A stretch of DNA of 64,000 nt from IMG/VR virus record IMGVR_UViG_3300033156_000587, positions 5,484 through 69,483 of that record; one strand, given 5' to 3'. A program made the translations under genes and the position numbers. Under the pieces are notes generated by a model that did no database searches, was not told the DNA's origin, and saw nothing but the letters and a program-made list of their open reading frames with translations. Positions 47,473 through 57,142 of the stretch are shown here, in pieces (within the stretch, counting starts at the first letter, position 1; each line of letters starts with the position of its first letter). Source of the DNA: a virus.

Positions 47473-48857
47473 TGCTGTACCTCCTCAAACAATCTTGTAA
47501 TCTCGGCGGCGTCATTGCTAGTCCTGATGCTATAGGGGAGCCCTATGGCATGATTAGGGCAATACCCCGTCCGGCCGTCACAGTAATAACCATCCGCCAT
47601 CCGCCATCCAAAAGCTTGGGCGAGACGTGGGCATGTTACGATATCGCCCCGCCGGACCGCCCATCCAAAGATGCGTAGTCTGAACGGGAGGGTTATCTCC
47701 CGCGCCACTCGGCGGAACGTTGGGGAAAAGATGTAATCGCGGTCCAAATGCACAGATTGGGGAGACAAGCGTAGGATCTCGCAATGCAACCCGAAGGGCT
47801 GGCCCGATCGGACAAGTTCCTCCAGATCCTTGATTTTCCGAGATAGTCCCCAGACAGCCCGTCCACCTTCCACGATGCGACGGATGGATTCCAGATACAT
47901 CACCGCCACCTCGGGGTCCGCCAGCAATGCGGCGGGCGGGGTGCGGTACTCTACACCGTGGATCTTTAGCTCATACGCACACCGCCGCCGGTAGTAGCCC
48001 CGGGCATCACCAGAGAGGTCTAGGGCGTACCCGACCCGGCGGTCAATCTCGCGTATTGCTTCGTGGATATCGCCCGCCAGGACCTCGCCCTCCGGAGCCC
48101 CGATATGGATATGGAAACCGATGGGATAGACATGGCCCGACAGACAGGCACGATACCCCGTCTCTTCCTCCCATTCGGTAACAGCCTCATAGAATGCTTC
48201 CACCAACAACTCTGGTCGGCGGAACGGGCGAGGGAAGCGGACCTCGGCCACGTCTCGCGCACCGTCTAGCCCGATATAGGCGTCCGTCCCGTATTGCCGG
48301 ACCTCCTCAATTACGTTCCCCGCATAGACTACTTGCCCCTCCTCGGGGTCCCAGACCTCGAATTCCGGGTCAGCCCCCCAGGTAGGCGCAGATTCCTCAT
48401 CCTCTGGGACCTCGAATCGGGGTTTCAGCCCCAAGAGGTCCATCAGGCGCTGAAATTGCGGCGCAAAGCTAGGATCATGGACAAGGTCCACCGTGATTAG
48501 CAGGTGGCGCGAGGGAGAGTAGTAAGCAAAGACGTATGAGGTACCTTGCTCCCAGTAGACTACCAGGACCCCGTCAGAGTCCCGGTTCTCACGGATAGAG
48601 GACGAAATTGAAACATAATCGTCCCAGAACGGGCTCGCGCCGGGAAGCGGGGCGTCAGAGAGGTCAATCTCTAAGACCCGGGAGTACTCCAATTTTTCGT
48701 AAAGTATACGGGTCAGGAAAAAGACCGCGCAATCCCGGGCCCCCACAGGCGGGGCGCCGTGCGCGATAACAGTACTAAAATACGCCTGCGGGAGACGGTA
48801 CGTGATGTCTCCCCTGGGATCAGGGCATGAGACGGTATACAGCAATCGTTTACCCAT
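47460..48857 (-). CDS. phiEco32-like COOH-NH2 ligase (amidoligase)
   Basis: WGADPEF, IGLDG...AEVR, GFHIHIG, HGVEYRTPPA. Confidence 0.8.
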   Translation of the reverse strand: MGKRLLYTVSCPDPRGDITYRLPQAYFSTVIAHGAPPVGARDCAVFFLTRILYEKLEYSRVLEIDLSDAPLPGASPFWDDYVSISSSIRENRDSDGVLVVYWEQGTSYVFAYYSPSRHLLITVDLVHDPSFAPQFQRLMDLLGLKPRFEVPEDEESAPTWGADPEFEVWDPEEGQVVYAGNVIEEVRQYGTDAYIGLDGARDVAEVRFPRPFRRPELLVEAFYEAVTEWEEETGYRACLSGHVYPIGFHIHIGAPEGEVLAGDIHEAIREIDRRVGYALDLSGDARGYYRRRCAYELKIHGVEYRTPPAALLADPEVAVMYLESIRRIVEGGRAVWGLSRKIKDLEELVRSGQPFGLHCEILRLSPQSVHLDRDYIFSPTFRRVAREITLPFRLRIFGWAVRRGDIVTCPRLAQAFGWRMADGYYCDGRTGYCPNHAIGLPYSIRTSNDAAEITRLFEEVQQCVS

Positions 48858-48911
48858 CTTGACACCTCCTCGCGAAATTTGCCCCAAGGCGTGGACTTGG
48901 GGTCATAGCAC

Positions 48912-48920
48912 ATTATAGCA
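48912..48920 (-). promoter_or_regulatory. Extended -10 element for the amidoligase operon
   Basis: Minus strand TGCTATAAT. Confidence 0.5.
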
Positions 48921-49892
48921 GGTTTTCGCTCAAATTTGTTACGTGAATTCTACATGAACCCTCAATAGTCCTTGAGCAGCTTGACATAATCCGCAATTGA
49001 CATAAGTGCGCGAGTTTACATAAATACGCCCTGTTTTATGCTATCCTGAACTAGCGCGAGTAGATGCGTGAACCTGTCTCCCTTTCCCAAAGACATATAT
49101 AGGATGGAAGCAATCCGGATTGACCAACCCACGAAAACCCACGGCAACCGATAATGACTGCATACCCAGCTTCTCAGAAAATTCTCACAATAATAGCAAC
49201 AATGGTAGGAGCCATGCGAAAGCCTAGTTACTTAGGAAACTCTCATAAAGATAGCGACAATAGCGATATCTACACGAGATGACTACGCGAAAGGCCCCAT
49301 CTCGCGCGTGTGGGCGGAACCTCGAAAAAATTTCCCGGGGTCGGGAAATTGGCCGGAAATCCGAAGCTGAGTTGCTGGGACCTCAGGAGGGAGTATCCTC
49401 GTTGGTGAGCAAATTTGCCTCGCTCCTGGTGATCATTCCACACGGCCCTGGTACAGCCCCCAGCGAGAAATACCGAAGCCACAAGCGCAGAATGCGCGGG
49501 GATTATCTCGTTGTATCTAACCCGATTCCGGAAGAACGCACCTGGGAACTCTTCTCCATTTCCCTGATTTAGACAAGCGAAATTGATTTAATTCGCTTAG
49601 AAGCGTTTTAAGGAGCATTTCCCGGTTCCTAAACATAGAAATATCAAGGATTCGAAAAAGCCGCTCTATGGCTCTCTACGCGCGTCTCAGAGACATTCTA
49701 GAGAAACTTCGAGCCCCAGTTTCGGTCTCTCTTCGCGCACATCTGTGGGGGTAATTTTTGAAATTGATTTTCCTTCAGGGAGACTCTAGAAAAATTTTCC
49801 CGGGGCTCGGGCGGCTGAGCGCGTTTCGGTGATCGCCCCCAGCCTGCTAAACTAAAAATGCGCGGCGGTTTCAGCTAGCTGGGAGGTCAGAG

Positions 49893-50285
49893 ATGTTTTC
49901 AGCGAGAGAGATCAGGAAGGCCGCGGGACTCATAGAGGCCCGCTTGGAGGAGTATCGGAAGTCCAGGACAGATTTGGCTGAGCTGACTAACGAAGTAGCC
50001 AAGCTAGAGCGAAAACTCGCGGACGCAGAGCTCCGTGTCCGGACCGACCTCCTGAGTGACTTTGGGTCACTCGGAAGAAACGCCGAAGAGCGAAAACTCA
50101 GAATCGACAACGCCTTGGCAAACGACCCGGAGGTAAAGGAGCTCCGAGCAAAACTCGCGGAGGCCTCAGCACAGCTTCAGATTAAGAAGGCCGAGGCTGC
50201 CCACACTTACATGGCCCTCAGATCGGCGATCGCGATCGCTGAGATGTTCTCCTCACGGGATATCGATCCCGATCTTACTGCATAA
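49893..50285 (+). CDS. Coiled-coil hypothetical protein
   Basis: GGAGG RBS; helical; LGRNAEERK. Confidence 0.6.
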   Translation: MFSAREIRKAAGLIEARLEEYRKSRTDLAELTNEVAKLERKLADAELRVRTDLLSDFGSLGRNAEERKLRIDNALANDPEVKELRAKLAEASAQLQIKKAEAAHTYMALRSAIAIAEMFSSRDIDPDLTA

Positions 50286-50964
50286 CGCCCTGAAGCCGCC
50301 GCGTTCTCCTCTTCGCATAGGCATCACTTTTTTCCTCCCCCCCCAGTTCTCAGTGAACCAGTCGCACTGAGCGGTGCCCCCTATTATAAATAGGGGGGGC
50401 ACACCGCGCACTCGCTCGCTCAGGTAGCGACCCGAGTGATCAATGACCGGTCAGTTGTTAGATGACGCGAAAACACGCTATCAGACAGGCCGGAAATCGC
50501 AAGTTTCGTTGCAGCGCTGCTTGGTTTGACCAGCATAATACCGCGTTTCCGCATTAACATGAAGCCCTCGGAGGGCCAGAAAGCAAGTTCCATCGACCGT
50601 TCAGTGAACGACCTGTCCACGCAATGACCATTGGAAAATATATCGACCGATCGCCGACCCGTCGTTTATTTTTCTTGCAAAACTGCAATCAGAGTTGCGG
50701 GAAAAATCTTAAGATTCCCTTCCGGTAGTGCCATAATATACTAAAATCGCGGAGAAATGCGATATGGGTTTACGCAATCAGCGAAATTTGCGGTAGTTAA
50801 CGCAACCCCACCTATCCGCACCGATCACTTTAAGCGAAAAACTAACAAACAACTCGCTTTTCACATCAAGAGAACAGAAATTGCGAGGAACAATAAAGAA
50901 AAGCTACCGATCGTGGCAATCGCCCCTGAAGAATCTAGGATATAGACGATATGTCAAGTTGTCG

Positions 50965-51026
50965 AATGTTAAGATCCTTGTCGGGGAATGTTAAGATTCT
51001 TTCCGAGAAATGTTAAGATTCTTGTC
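50965..51026. repeat. Three direct repeats at 22-bp period
   Basis: AATGTTAAGAT(C/T)CTT at 50965, 50987, 51009. Confidence 0.8.
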
Positions 51027-52605
51027 ACAATACCCGCCAGCGCGAGCGTCTCGGAGTGCCGCGAACAACCCATTTCGACGGCGCGGCGATGCTCACGAGC
51101 TCACCCGGCTCCGAGCCCACGGGCAGAGGTGTGCCACCTTCGCCCACCAGCATCGTCATCGCCAGCGCGTCAACCGAGTCCAAGCTCCTCCCCAGCTCCC
51201 GTTCCAGCGTCTCCTTGTCCACGAGCGCGATCCGGCCCTGAGAGTCGTAGTCATATTCCAGCACGCTCAGCTCTCCATCTAGCAAGTCATCTTCCGGCAG
51301 CTTCAGCTTACTTTCTGCCAGCATGTCCCTCAACCGCCAGAACAGCTCAGACCGGAGGTTCTGGAACCGCGTCCTGTGTATCGCCCTGCTTCCAAAGTTC
51401 ACTGCTCTCGCGTTGATCCCGTGTTCCCGAAGCCAGTCCAGCACGCCAGCTCCCACGCCGATCTCATCTACAAGCACGTGCTCCACCTGCGGGAACCTTG
51501 CCAAGAGTGTCGCAACGAATCTTCCGACCTGCTCCGTCCTCGCGAACTCCCGTCTCCAGATCCCCACGACCACTCGACCTGCCCTGATCACGACCGCAGT
51601 CTGTGCGCTTCCTCCGTGCGCTGGATCTACGGCCATGACCCATGGTCTGTCCGGCTTGGCCTCCAGCATCTTCGCCCGTTCGATCCATTCTGTCGCGATG
51701 AGCTTGTCCTCGCTCTCGTCCGGGGGTCTGCCGAGAACCCTTGCCTCCAGGATTGGCGTCGGCTTGTACCACCTTCCCTCAAACTGCACCGCTCCAAATT
51801 CGTACGGCTCACATGGCCGTGCCCATTTCTCGAACCGCTCCTTCACCCACTGGTAGCTCACCGCGCCCGGGATCACTTCTCGTTTCGCCTTCACGTTCGG
51901 GTGATCCAAACACGAGATCCTGATATGCTTGTACACCCCGCTCTGTGTCGCCTCATAAAACGGTCCGCTCTTCGACACCGGGTTCCCGATCGCCAGCAAC
52001 CTTGATTCCTCGCTCGTCACCAAGCTCTCAGCGCTTTCGAAGATGTTCCTCGGCAAACCCCCTGCCTCGTCCAGGATCACGAGCAGCTTGACCGCATGAA
52101 ATCCTTGCAACGCCGTGAAATCCTGTGTCTTCTGGTCCTTCCTCGGACTCAGTCCAATCCCGAACCACTCTGGCCCTATCTCCCACCTCGGCGTCTCCAG
52201 CACTCTCCCGGGCAGTGCGATCCTCGCACCTCTGTGTAGCCCTCTGATCCTTCTCCACAAAATGTTCTGAACCAGGTTCGCCGTCGGAGCTGTCGTGATC
52301 AACACGCTGTTCTCATGAACGCTGAGCCACCAACATGCCAACGCTGCGGCTGCGAAGCTCTTCCCAACTCCGTGTCCCGCCTCCACGACTGTGAACCGGT
52401 TCTCCTTGACCGTCTCGATGATTTCCTCTTGCTTTTGCCACAGCCTGATTCCCAGCGCCTTCTCCGCGAACTCCACGGGATCGGAAGGCAGTGAAGATTC
52501 TAAAAGTCGCTTTGCAACTTTCTTAGTTGCAGGTTGAGATTTCAAAAATTCCGCGAGCTCTTCATCAGATAATTTCAACAAAAATTCGATAAAACCCGCA
52601 TCCAT
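51025..52605 (-). CDS. terL: Terminase large subunit
   Basis: GHGVGKS, LVILDEA, IGNP, VDPAHGG, VDEIGVGAG, NLRSE, DSVDAL. Confidence 0.95.
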   Translation of the reverse strand: MDAGFIEFLLKLSDEELAEFLKSQPATKKVAKRLLESSLPSDPVEFAEKALGIRLWQKQEEIIETVKENRFTVVEAGHGVGKSFAAAALACWWLSVHENSVLITTAPTANLVQNILWRRIRGLHRGARIALPGRVLETPRWEIGPEWFGIGLSPRKDQKTQDFTALQGFHAVKLLVILDEAGGLPRNIFESAESLVTSEESRLLAIGNPVSKSGPFYEATQSGVYKHIRISCLDHPNVKAKREVIPGAVSYQWVKERFEKWARPCEPYEFGAVQFEGRWYKPTPILEARVLGRPPDESEDKLIATEWIERAKMLEAKPDRPWVMAVDPAHGGSAQTAVVIRAGRVVVGIWRREFARTEQVGRFVATLLARFPQVEHVLVDEIGVGAGVLDWLREHGINARAVNFGSRAIHRTRFQNLRSELFWRLRDMLAESKLKLPEDDLLDGELSVLEYDYDSQGRIALVDKETLERELGRSLDSVDALAMTMLVGEGGTPLPVGSEPGELVSIAAPSKWVVRGTPRRSRWRVL

Positions 52606-52625
52606 CGAAGCACCTCGTTATGGGC

Positions 52626-53174
52626 TTAATCGAGTTCTGCAACGATGACTGAGAGAATCCGTGCTCTCCTGTCGGGTGGGATGGATTCGAGGATCTTAGC
52701 GATATGGCCCTCGTCGAGTTGTGCTTTAGGGATGGCCTGATTCTGGAGTTGGAACGAGAGTTCCAGAAATCGTGCGATCATCCCTGCGGAGATTTCCTCA
52801 TCTCCGAGGGACTTGAGGGCTCGGATGGCTTTCTCGTATAGCTGGAGACCTGCTTCGTAGGACCGTTCTCTGATGGCGAGTTGCCTCTCGACCCAGGATT
52901 CCTCAACCTTCTTGAGCTGTTCGTCTTCCCAAGCTTGGGCGCGTTCTTCCCATTTCCACTTCCTCGTCAGTCGCCAGAACTTCCCTGGAGGGTTTGATTT
53001 CTCGGAATGCCCCTGTCTTTCATTCCATTCCCTCCAAGCCTTGATCTTGGATCTCTTCCCGCCCCAGGTTTTCGGGATCTCCAGGTAGATCCTGAAGATC
53101 TCATACAGCCAATCTGGTTCTCCTGGCTGTTGTAGCCAGGCCGGTTCTCTAAACAGCGCGAGGTCTGTGCTCAT
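52626..53174 (-). CDS. Putative terminase small subunit
   Basis: W.QQPGE...F.IYL...W.WEERAQAWE; directly upstream of terL. Confidence 0.65.
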   Translation of the reverse strand: MSTDLALFREPAWLQQPGEPDWLYEIFRIYLEIPKTWGGKRSKIKAWREWNERQGHSEKSNPPGKFWRLTRKWKWEERAQAWEDEQLKKVEESWVERQLAIRERSYEAGLQLYEKAIRALKSLGDEEISAGMIARFLELSFQLQNQAIPKAQLDEGHIAKILESIPPDRRARILSVIVAELD

Positions 53175-53272
53175 CTTGGGAACCTCCCTGCCTTTCCGTA
53201 TTTCCCCTTCCCCACCCACCCACCCCCACCTAACCACCAAGAAGTCCTTCCTCTTCGAATTATACACCAGAT

Positions 53273-53301
53273 TTCGATTTCGCCCTTGCATTTGCTACAA
53301 T
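53273..53301 (+). promoter_or_regulatory. Extended -10 promoter
   Basis: TTCGAT-17 bp-TACAAT with TG. Confidence 0.55.
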
Positions 53302-53310
53302 AAAAGCGAA

Positions 53311-53601
53311 ATGGGAAAAGGTTTATTCATCTCGCTCAACATCGACAATGAACAAGCGAGGAAACTCCACGACCGGCTAGCCAGAAAAGCCGCGAGGCTC
53401 GGTTATTTTACCACCCGCGGCCCAAAGGCTGGTCGTGGACATGTGGGCCAGCTCTTACAAGATCTCGCCGAAGGAGAGCTTGCGATTATCAGGCTCTCAA
53501 AGGAGGAGAGGAAGCTCGCTGTCAAGGAGTTGAACCGACTCTCCTTCCGTGATTCGAGTGGGATCTTGCGAAGACTGGCCGAAGAACTGAGGAAAAACTA
53601 A
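53311..53601 (+). CDS. Small basic putative DNA-binding regulator
   Basis: 96 aa basic/helical; ATG 10 nt after the -10 element. Confidence 0.5.
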   Translation: MGKGLFISLNIDNEQARKLHDRLARKAARLGYFTTRGPKAGRGHVGQLLQDLAEGELAIIRLSKEERKLAVKELNRLSFRDSSGILRRLAEELRKN

Positions 53602-53620
53602 ACTGAAAGGAGGCGAAAAC

Positions 53621-54022
53621 GTGAACAAATCAGAGTATGCCGATCTTTTGTCTAGAGTTGTTTCCCTCTCGCAGGAGCTAGACCGAGCGCGCAGAGAGCT
53701 CGAAGAGCTCGAAGCAAGCCCCACCCCAGAACCACCTCCAGTGATTGAATCCTTCGAGGATTACGTTAAGTTCCGAGACAAACACGACGCTCACCGTTCC
53801 GCTATCCATAACGCGCGCTCCCGTGTCGGGGATCTGGAGTTTAAGCTCGCTGCCATGGTCCAGGCGTGGCGGCGCAGTCTCCCTGCTAACACATGGTTCC
53901 GCATCCCCGATTCGGACATCTACGTCCGGCTCGTGCAAATCAGTCCCCAAGCCAGGACCGAATCGGACTTCCGGTTCGACATCGTAGAAGGAAGACCTGA
54001 ACAGGAGAATACTGATGAATGA
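53621..54022 (+). CDS. Hypothetical protein
   Basis: AGGAGG RBS; coiled coil. Confidence 0.6.
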   Translation: MNKSEYADLLSRVVSLSQELDRARRELEELEASPTPEPPPVIESFEDYVKFRDKHDAHRSAIHNARSRVGDLEFKLAAMVQAWRRSLPANTWFRIPDSDIYVRLVQISPQARTESDFRFDIVEGRPEQENTDE

Positions 54023-54305
54023 AGACCTCGTGAACCAAGCCTTCCAAGCGGTTCAGAACTACTCGGCTGCTTGGAAGAAGCTGCAACATTATGTCTACAA
54101 GCACGGGACCAGCGGGAAATTCCCAAGCCTCTTGCAGGACGTGGTCGATGCCCGCGAAAGGCTGCGCGAGCTGACCATGAAATGGCTTGAAACAGAACTT
54201 CCCGTGGACACGTGGCTTGACGCGAACGACGGCCGGGTGATCCTGAAGAAGTATATCGAGCGAAACGGAGAGCCGTCGTACGCCTTCGTCATAAACACGG
54301 ACTGA
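54015..54305 (+). CDS. Hypothetical protein
   Basis: Operon packing; shares an LP..TW motif with the upstream gene. Confidence 0.55.
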   Translation: MNEDLVNQAFQAVQNYSAAWKKLQHYVYKHGTSGKFPSLLQDVVDARERLRELTMKWLETELPVDTWLDANDGRVILKKYIERNGEPSYAFVINTD

Positions 54306-54315
54306 GGGAGGAGAT

Positions 54316-54654
54316 ATGGAGGTAGTAAACGCGTCAGGACACCCGATTGAGGACAAGCGTTTCAAAGTCGTGAAGATCATCCCGCCACCGCATATCAATC
54401 CCGCCTGGATCGAGGGGATCATGGACGTGGCACGGGAGATGGCGAAGACTGCAGCCCCTTATGTGAAGAAGGGCGCTGCGGTCGCCTTACCGGGTCTTTC
54501 CTACTTGGCTGCCGCGTTCATCGTGGCGCTGTATATGGAGACCGGGAATTTCCCGGTCGTCGTCTGGTCCGTGAAACCAGACGATAAATCGGGCTATGTC
54601 TGGAGCCCGGCGTTTGCACTAGATCTAGAACAACTGAAGGAGGTTGAGTCATGA
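54316..54654 (+). CDS. Csx15-like (CARF-related) protein
   Basis: VVNASGHP...VALPGLSYLAAAFIVALY...GNFP...LDLEQLK. Confidence 0.55.
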   Translation: MEVVNASGHPIEDKRFKVVKIIPPPHINPAWIEGIMDVAREMAKTAAPYVKKGAAVALPGLSYLAAAFIVALYMETGNFPVVVWSVKPDDKSGYVWSPAFALDLEQLKEVES

Positions 54655-55205
54655 ACATCCCTGTTAAGCCGGAACCCATCGTCACGCACGGGAAGATCGT
54701 CTCCATCGAACTCGTGGAAGGCGAATATGGCGAGCAAGTTGAGGTTCAGGTCGAGCGCATCCCGCCGTCGGAATTCATGTGGCGGCAATGGTTCACCCCT
54801 TCCTCACGATCCAATTCTAAGTGGATGCGCTTCGTCCAGTCTTTCAACAAGGCTCGCGGCTCCGACATCGAGTCCGTAGAGGAGATGATCGGAGCCTACG
54901 TTAAGATCGTTGAGCTGGAGCGATCGGGCGAGATTCGCGGCGAGTTCCGCGAGTGGACCGAGCCGATCGTCGAGAAAGTCTATGAATCTGAGGAGGAGAT
55001 CTACGCGGAACTGGGAGAGGATGCAAACCCATTTGACGAGGAAGAAGCGTCCGATAATCCTGGCGAGACTTCCATTACCGATCCCGCCGTTCTGAACCTC
55101 CTCAAGCAGCTTTACGAGCAGCAAGGGGAAGAGGTCTTCATGCAGACCGTGAAGGGCATGGGCTACGATCCCTCGGCTGCGCTGAAAGCTATCGGCAAGT
55201 CTTAG
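54651..55205 (+). CDS. Putative ssDNA-binding protein
   Basis: Beta-rich N-domain with acidic linker; recombination-module context. Confidence 0.4.
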   Translation: MNIPVKPEPIVTHGKIVSIELVEGEYGEQVEVQVERIPPSEFMWRQWFTPSSRSNSKWMRFVQSFNKARGSDIESVEEMIGAYVKIVELERSGEIRGEFREWTEPIVEKVYESEEEIYAELGEDANPFDEEEASDNPGETSITDPAVLNLLKQLYEQQGEEVFMQTVKGMGYDPSAALKAIGKS

Positions 55206-55217
55206 GGAGGTAGTGAG

Positions 55218-55538
55218 ATGACCGGAAAAACTAACCCTAATCCTGATCAAGCATATCCCGAACCCGATCCCGATCGGATGTGTGCTCGGTGCAAGCGGGT
55301 CATGGAATGCCCACTCGTTAACAGCTTCGCCGAGGCGATCCTCACCTGGTATCCGCTCCAAGCCATGAGCGTTGTAGCGGGCCAGCCATTCGAGAAGGCG
55401 TTTGGGCAGGAGATCGCACTGAAGATCTTCGTTTGCTTTGGCGCGATCGGGAATCTCTGTCCTCTCTTTGAAGAAGCAGAGAGCCAAGGCCAAGCAGACA
55501 TGTTCTTCCACGCTCCAGGTCCGGCGGACATCTGCTAG
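55218..55538 (+). CDS. Cys-rich protein, paralog A
   Basis: CxxCxxxxxCP...WYP...GNLCP.F. Confidence 0.55.
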   Translation: MTGKTNPNPDQAYPEPDPDRMCARCKRVMECPLVNSFAEAILTWYPLQAMSVVAGQPFEKAFGQEIALKIFVCFGAIGNLCPLFEEAESQGQADMFFHAPGPADIC

Positions 55539-55559
55539 GAGGCCACCTAGGAGGCCACC

Positions 55560-55802
55560 ATGGAGGAAGTGATCGATATCAGACGGTCTTGCATGACGTG
55601 CCGATTCTCTGACTCCTGCCCGGACGTCCTCGGAGCAATGGTCAAACTGCTCTGGCGATGGTATCCGACTGAGGCAAGGGAGATAGCTGAGAGCGATACG
55701 GACAAGTACTCAGGCCTCGTCCTGAAGGCCCAGTTCCTCTTCATTGCTCTCGGCAACCTTTGCCCGAAGTTTGCAGAACGAGGAGACCATGCTTTGAACT
55801 GA
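55560..55802 (+). CDS. Cys-rich protein, paralog B
   Basis: CxxCxxxxxCP...WYP...GNLCP.F. Confidence 0.55.
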   Translation: MEEVIDIRRSCMTCRFSDSCPDVLGAMVKLLWRWYPTEAREIAESDTDKYSGLVLKAQFLFIALGNLCPKFAERGDHALN

Positions 55803-55849
55803 GGAGGAGGGAGGATTTCCTCCCTCCCCTCATAAGGGATTGGCCTACG

Positions 55850-56212
55850 ATGAGGAGTCTTCCTGATATCTTTCTGGTCAGCATAGTAACCCTGGCGATC
55901 CTGGCTTTCCTATTCCTCATAGCCGACTTCGTGACTTCGGAATCGTTCCAGATCCTGGGGACTGTAGAGGATAAGTCCTTTGCACCCGCGGAAAGTCGAG
56001 TACAGATCGGTGTAATCGGGAACGGGAAGATCGGGGCACTTACGATCCACAAGCCGGAATGCTATACCATCGTCGTTAGAGCAGACGGCGAGCTTCGCGT
56101 TATCAACGTCCCCAGGGTTGCTTACTTCACCATCAACCGTGGGGAGGTGGTGAGCCTGAAATGTCGGCGAGGCAGATTCACAAAGGCCATCCAGTGCGAG
56201 CTGGATTACTAA
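55850..56212 (+). CDS. Membrane-anchored beta protein
   Basis: N-terminal TM helix; GEVVSL..RRGRFT. Confidence 0.5.
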   Translation: MRSLPDIFLVSIVTLAILAFLFLIADFVTSESFQILGTVEDKSFAPAESRVQIGVIGNGKIGALTIHKPECYTIVVRADGELRVINVPRVAYFTINRGEVVSLKCRRGRFTKAIQCELDY

Positions 56213-56223
56213 GGGAGGAACCC

Positions 56224-56451
56224 GTGGGACATCCTTCTCGGATCATTACCATCGTAGATTTTCAATGCAGTGCCTGCCCATTCTCTGGAAGGGACTACGA
56301 TGGAAACCCGTGTTGTTGGCTGCCGTGTTTCTTGACGAACTTCAACGCTGACCCGAAGACGTTTGACGAGGGCCGTTTTCCGAAACCGCCACCGAGTTGG
56401 TGTCAACTCCGGGAAGGGCCAGTAGTAGTTCGGTTTCAGGATCAGGAGTAG
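56224..56451 (+). CDS. Small Cys-rich protein
   Basis: CSACPF...PPSWCQL. Confidence 0.5.
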   Translation: MGHPSRIITIVDFQCSACPFSGRDYDGNPCCWLPCFLTNFNADPKTFDEGRFPKPPPSWCQLREGPVVVRFQDQE

Positions 56452-56456
56452 GGCCG

Positions 56457-57140
56457 GTGATCTTCGTAGATACCCGTGAGCCGCAATCCATCGTAGTTGA
56501 GGCCGCGTTAGGCTTGCCGCGAGGAGACGAGATCAAGCGTGAAGAGCTTCCCGCAGGTGACATCCTCGTCTGTCAGGGGAAGGGGCTTGATCTCTCTCAA
56601 GCTTTTTCCTCTGGCGTCCTGATCGAGCGGAAGACGGCAAGTGATTTCCTGCATTCCCTAGCTGACGGTCGCCTCTTCCACCAGGCGCTGAAGATGGCTG
56701 AGCTCTCGCCGAGACCGATGATCGTGATCCAGGGGAAACTTTATCCCGCTGGCGACAGGGTCCAGGTTAATGGCCGCGTCACGGGCTGGAACCTCTGGTC
56801 CGTGCGGATGGCAATTCTTAGGCTCCAGATGGCCGGGATCGCGGTCCTTGAGATCGGGAACAGAGATCTCCCGGATCTCATCAGGCACCTGTTCTCCTGG
56901 CTTCAGAAAGGCCATCACGGCGTGCCCAGGAGCGTTCCTGATCCTTTGAGACCCATGTCCCCGGAAGCCTGGTTCTTGGCTCAGATCCCCGGCATCGGCC
57001 AAGAACGGGCCAGAGCTCTAGTCGATGAGTACAGGACTCCGATTCGAGCCATTGAAGCTATCTTGTCTGGTGATGCGAAGAGAGTATCGGGGCTTGGGCC
57101 GAGACTGATATCTAAGGCTAAGTCTTTCCTAGGAGGTTGA
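56457..57140 (+). CDS. ERCC4/XPF-type nuclease with HhH motifs
   Basis: VDTREP, LPAGDI, IERKT..DF..S..DGRLF.Q, IPGIG. Confidence 0.9.
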   Translation: MIFVDTREPQSIVVEAALGLPRGDEIKREELPAGDILVCQGKGLDLSQAFSSGVLIERKTASDFLHSLADGRLFHQALKMAELSPRPMIVIQGKLYPAGDRVQVNGRVTGWNLWSVRMAILRLQMAGIAVLEIGNRDLPDLIRHLFSWLQKGHHGVPRSVPDPLRPMSPEAWFLAQIPGIGQERARALVDEYRTPIRAIEAILSGDAKRVSGLGPRLISKAKSFLGG

Positions 57141-57142
57141 CC

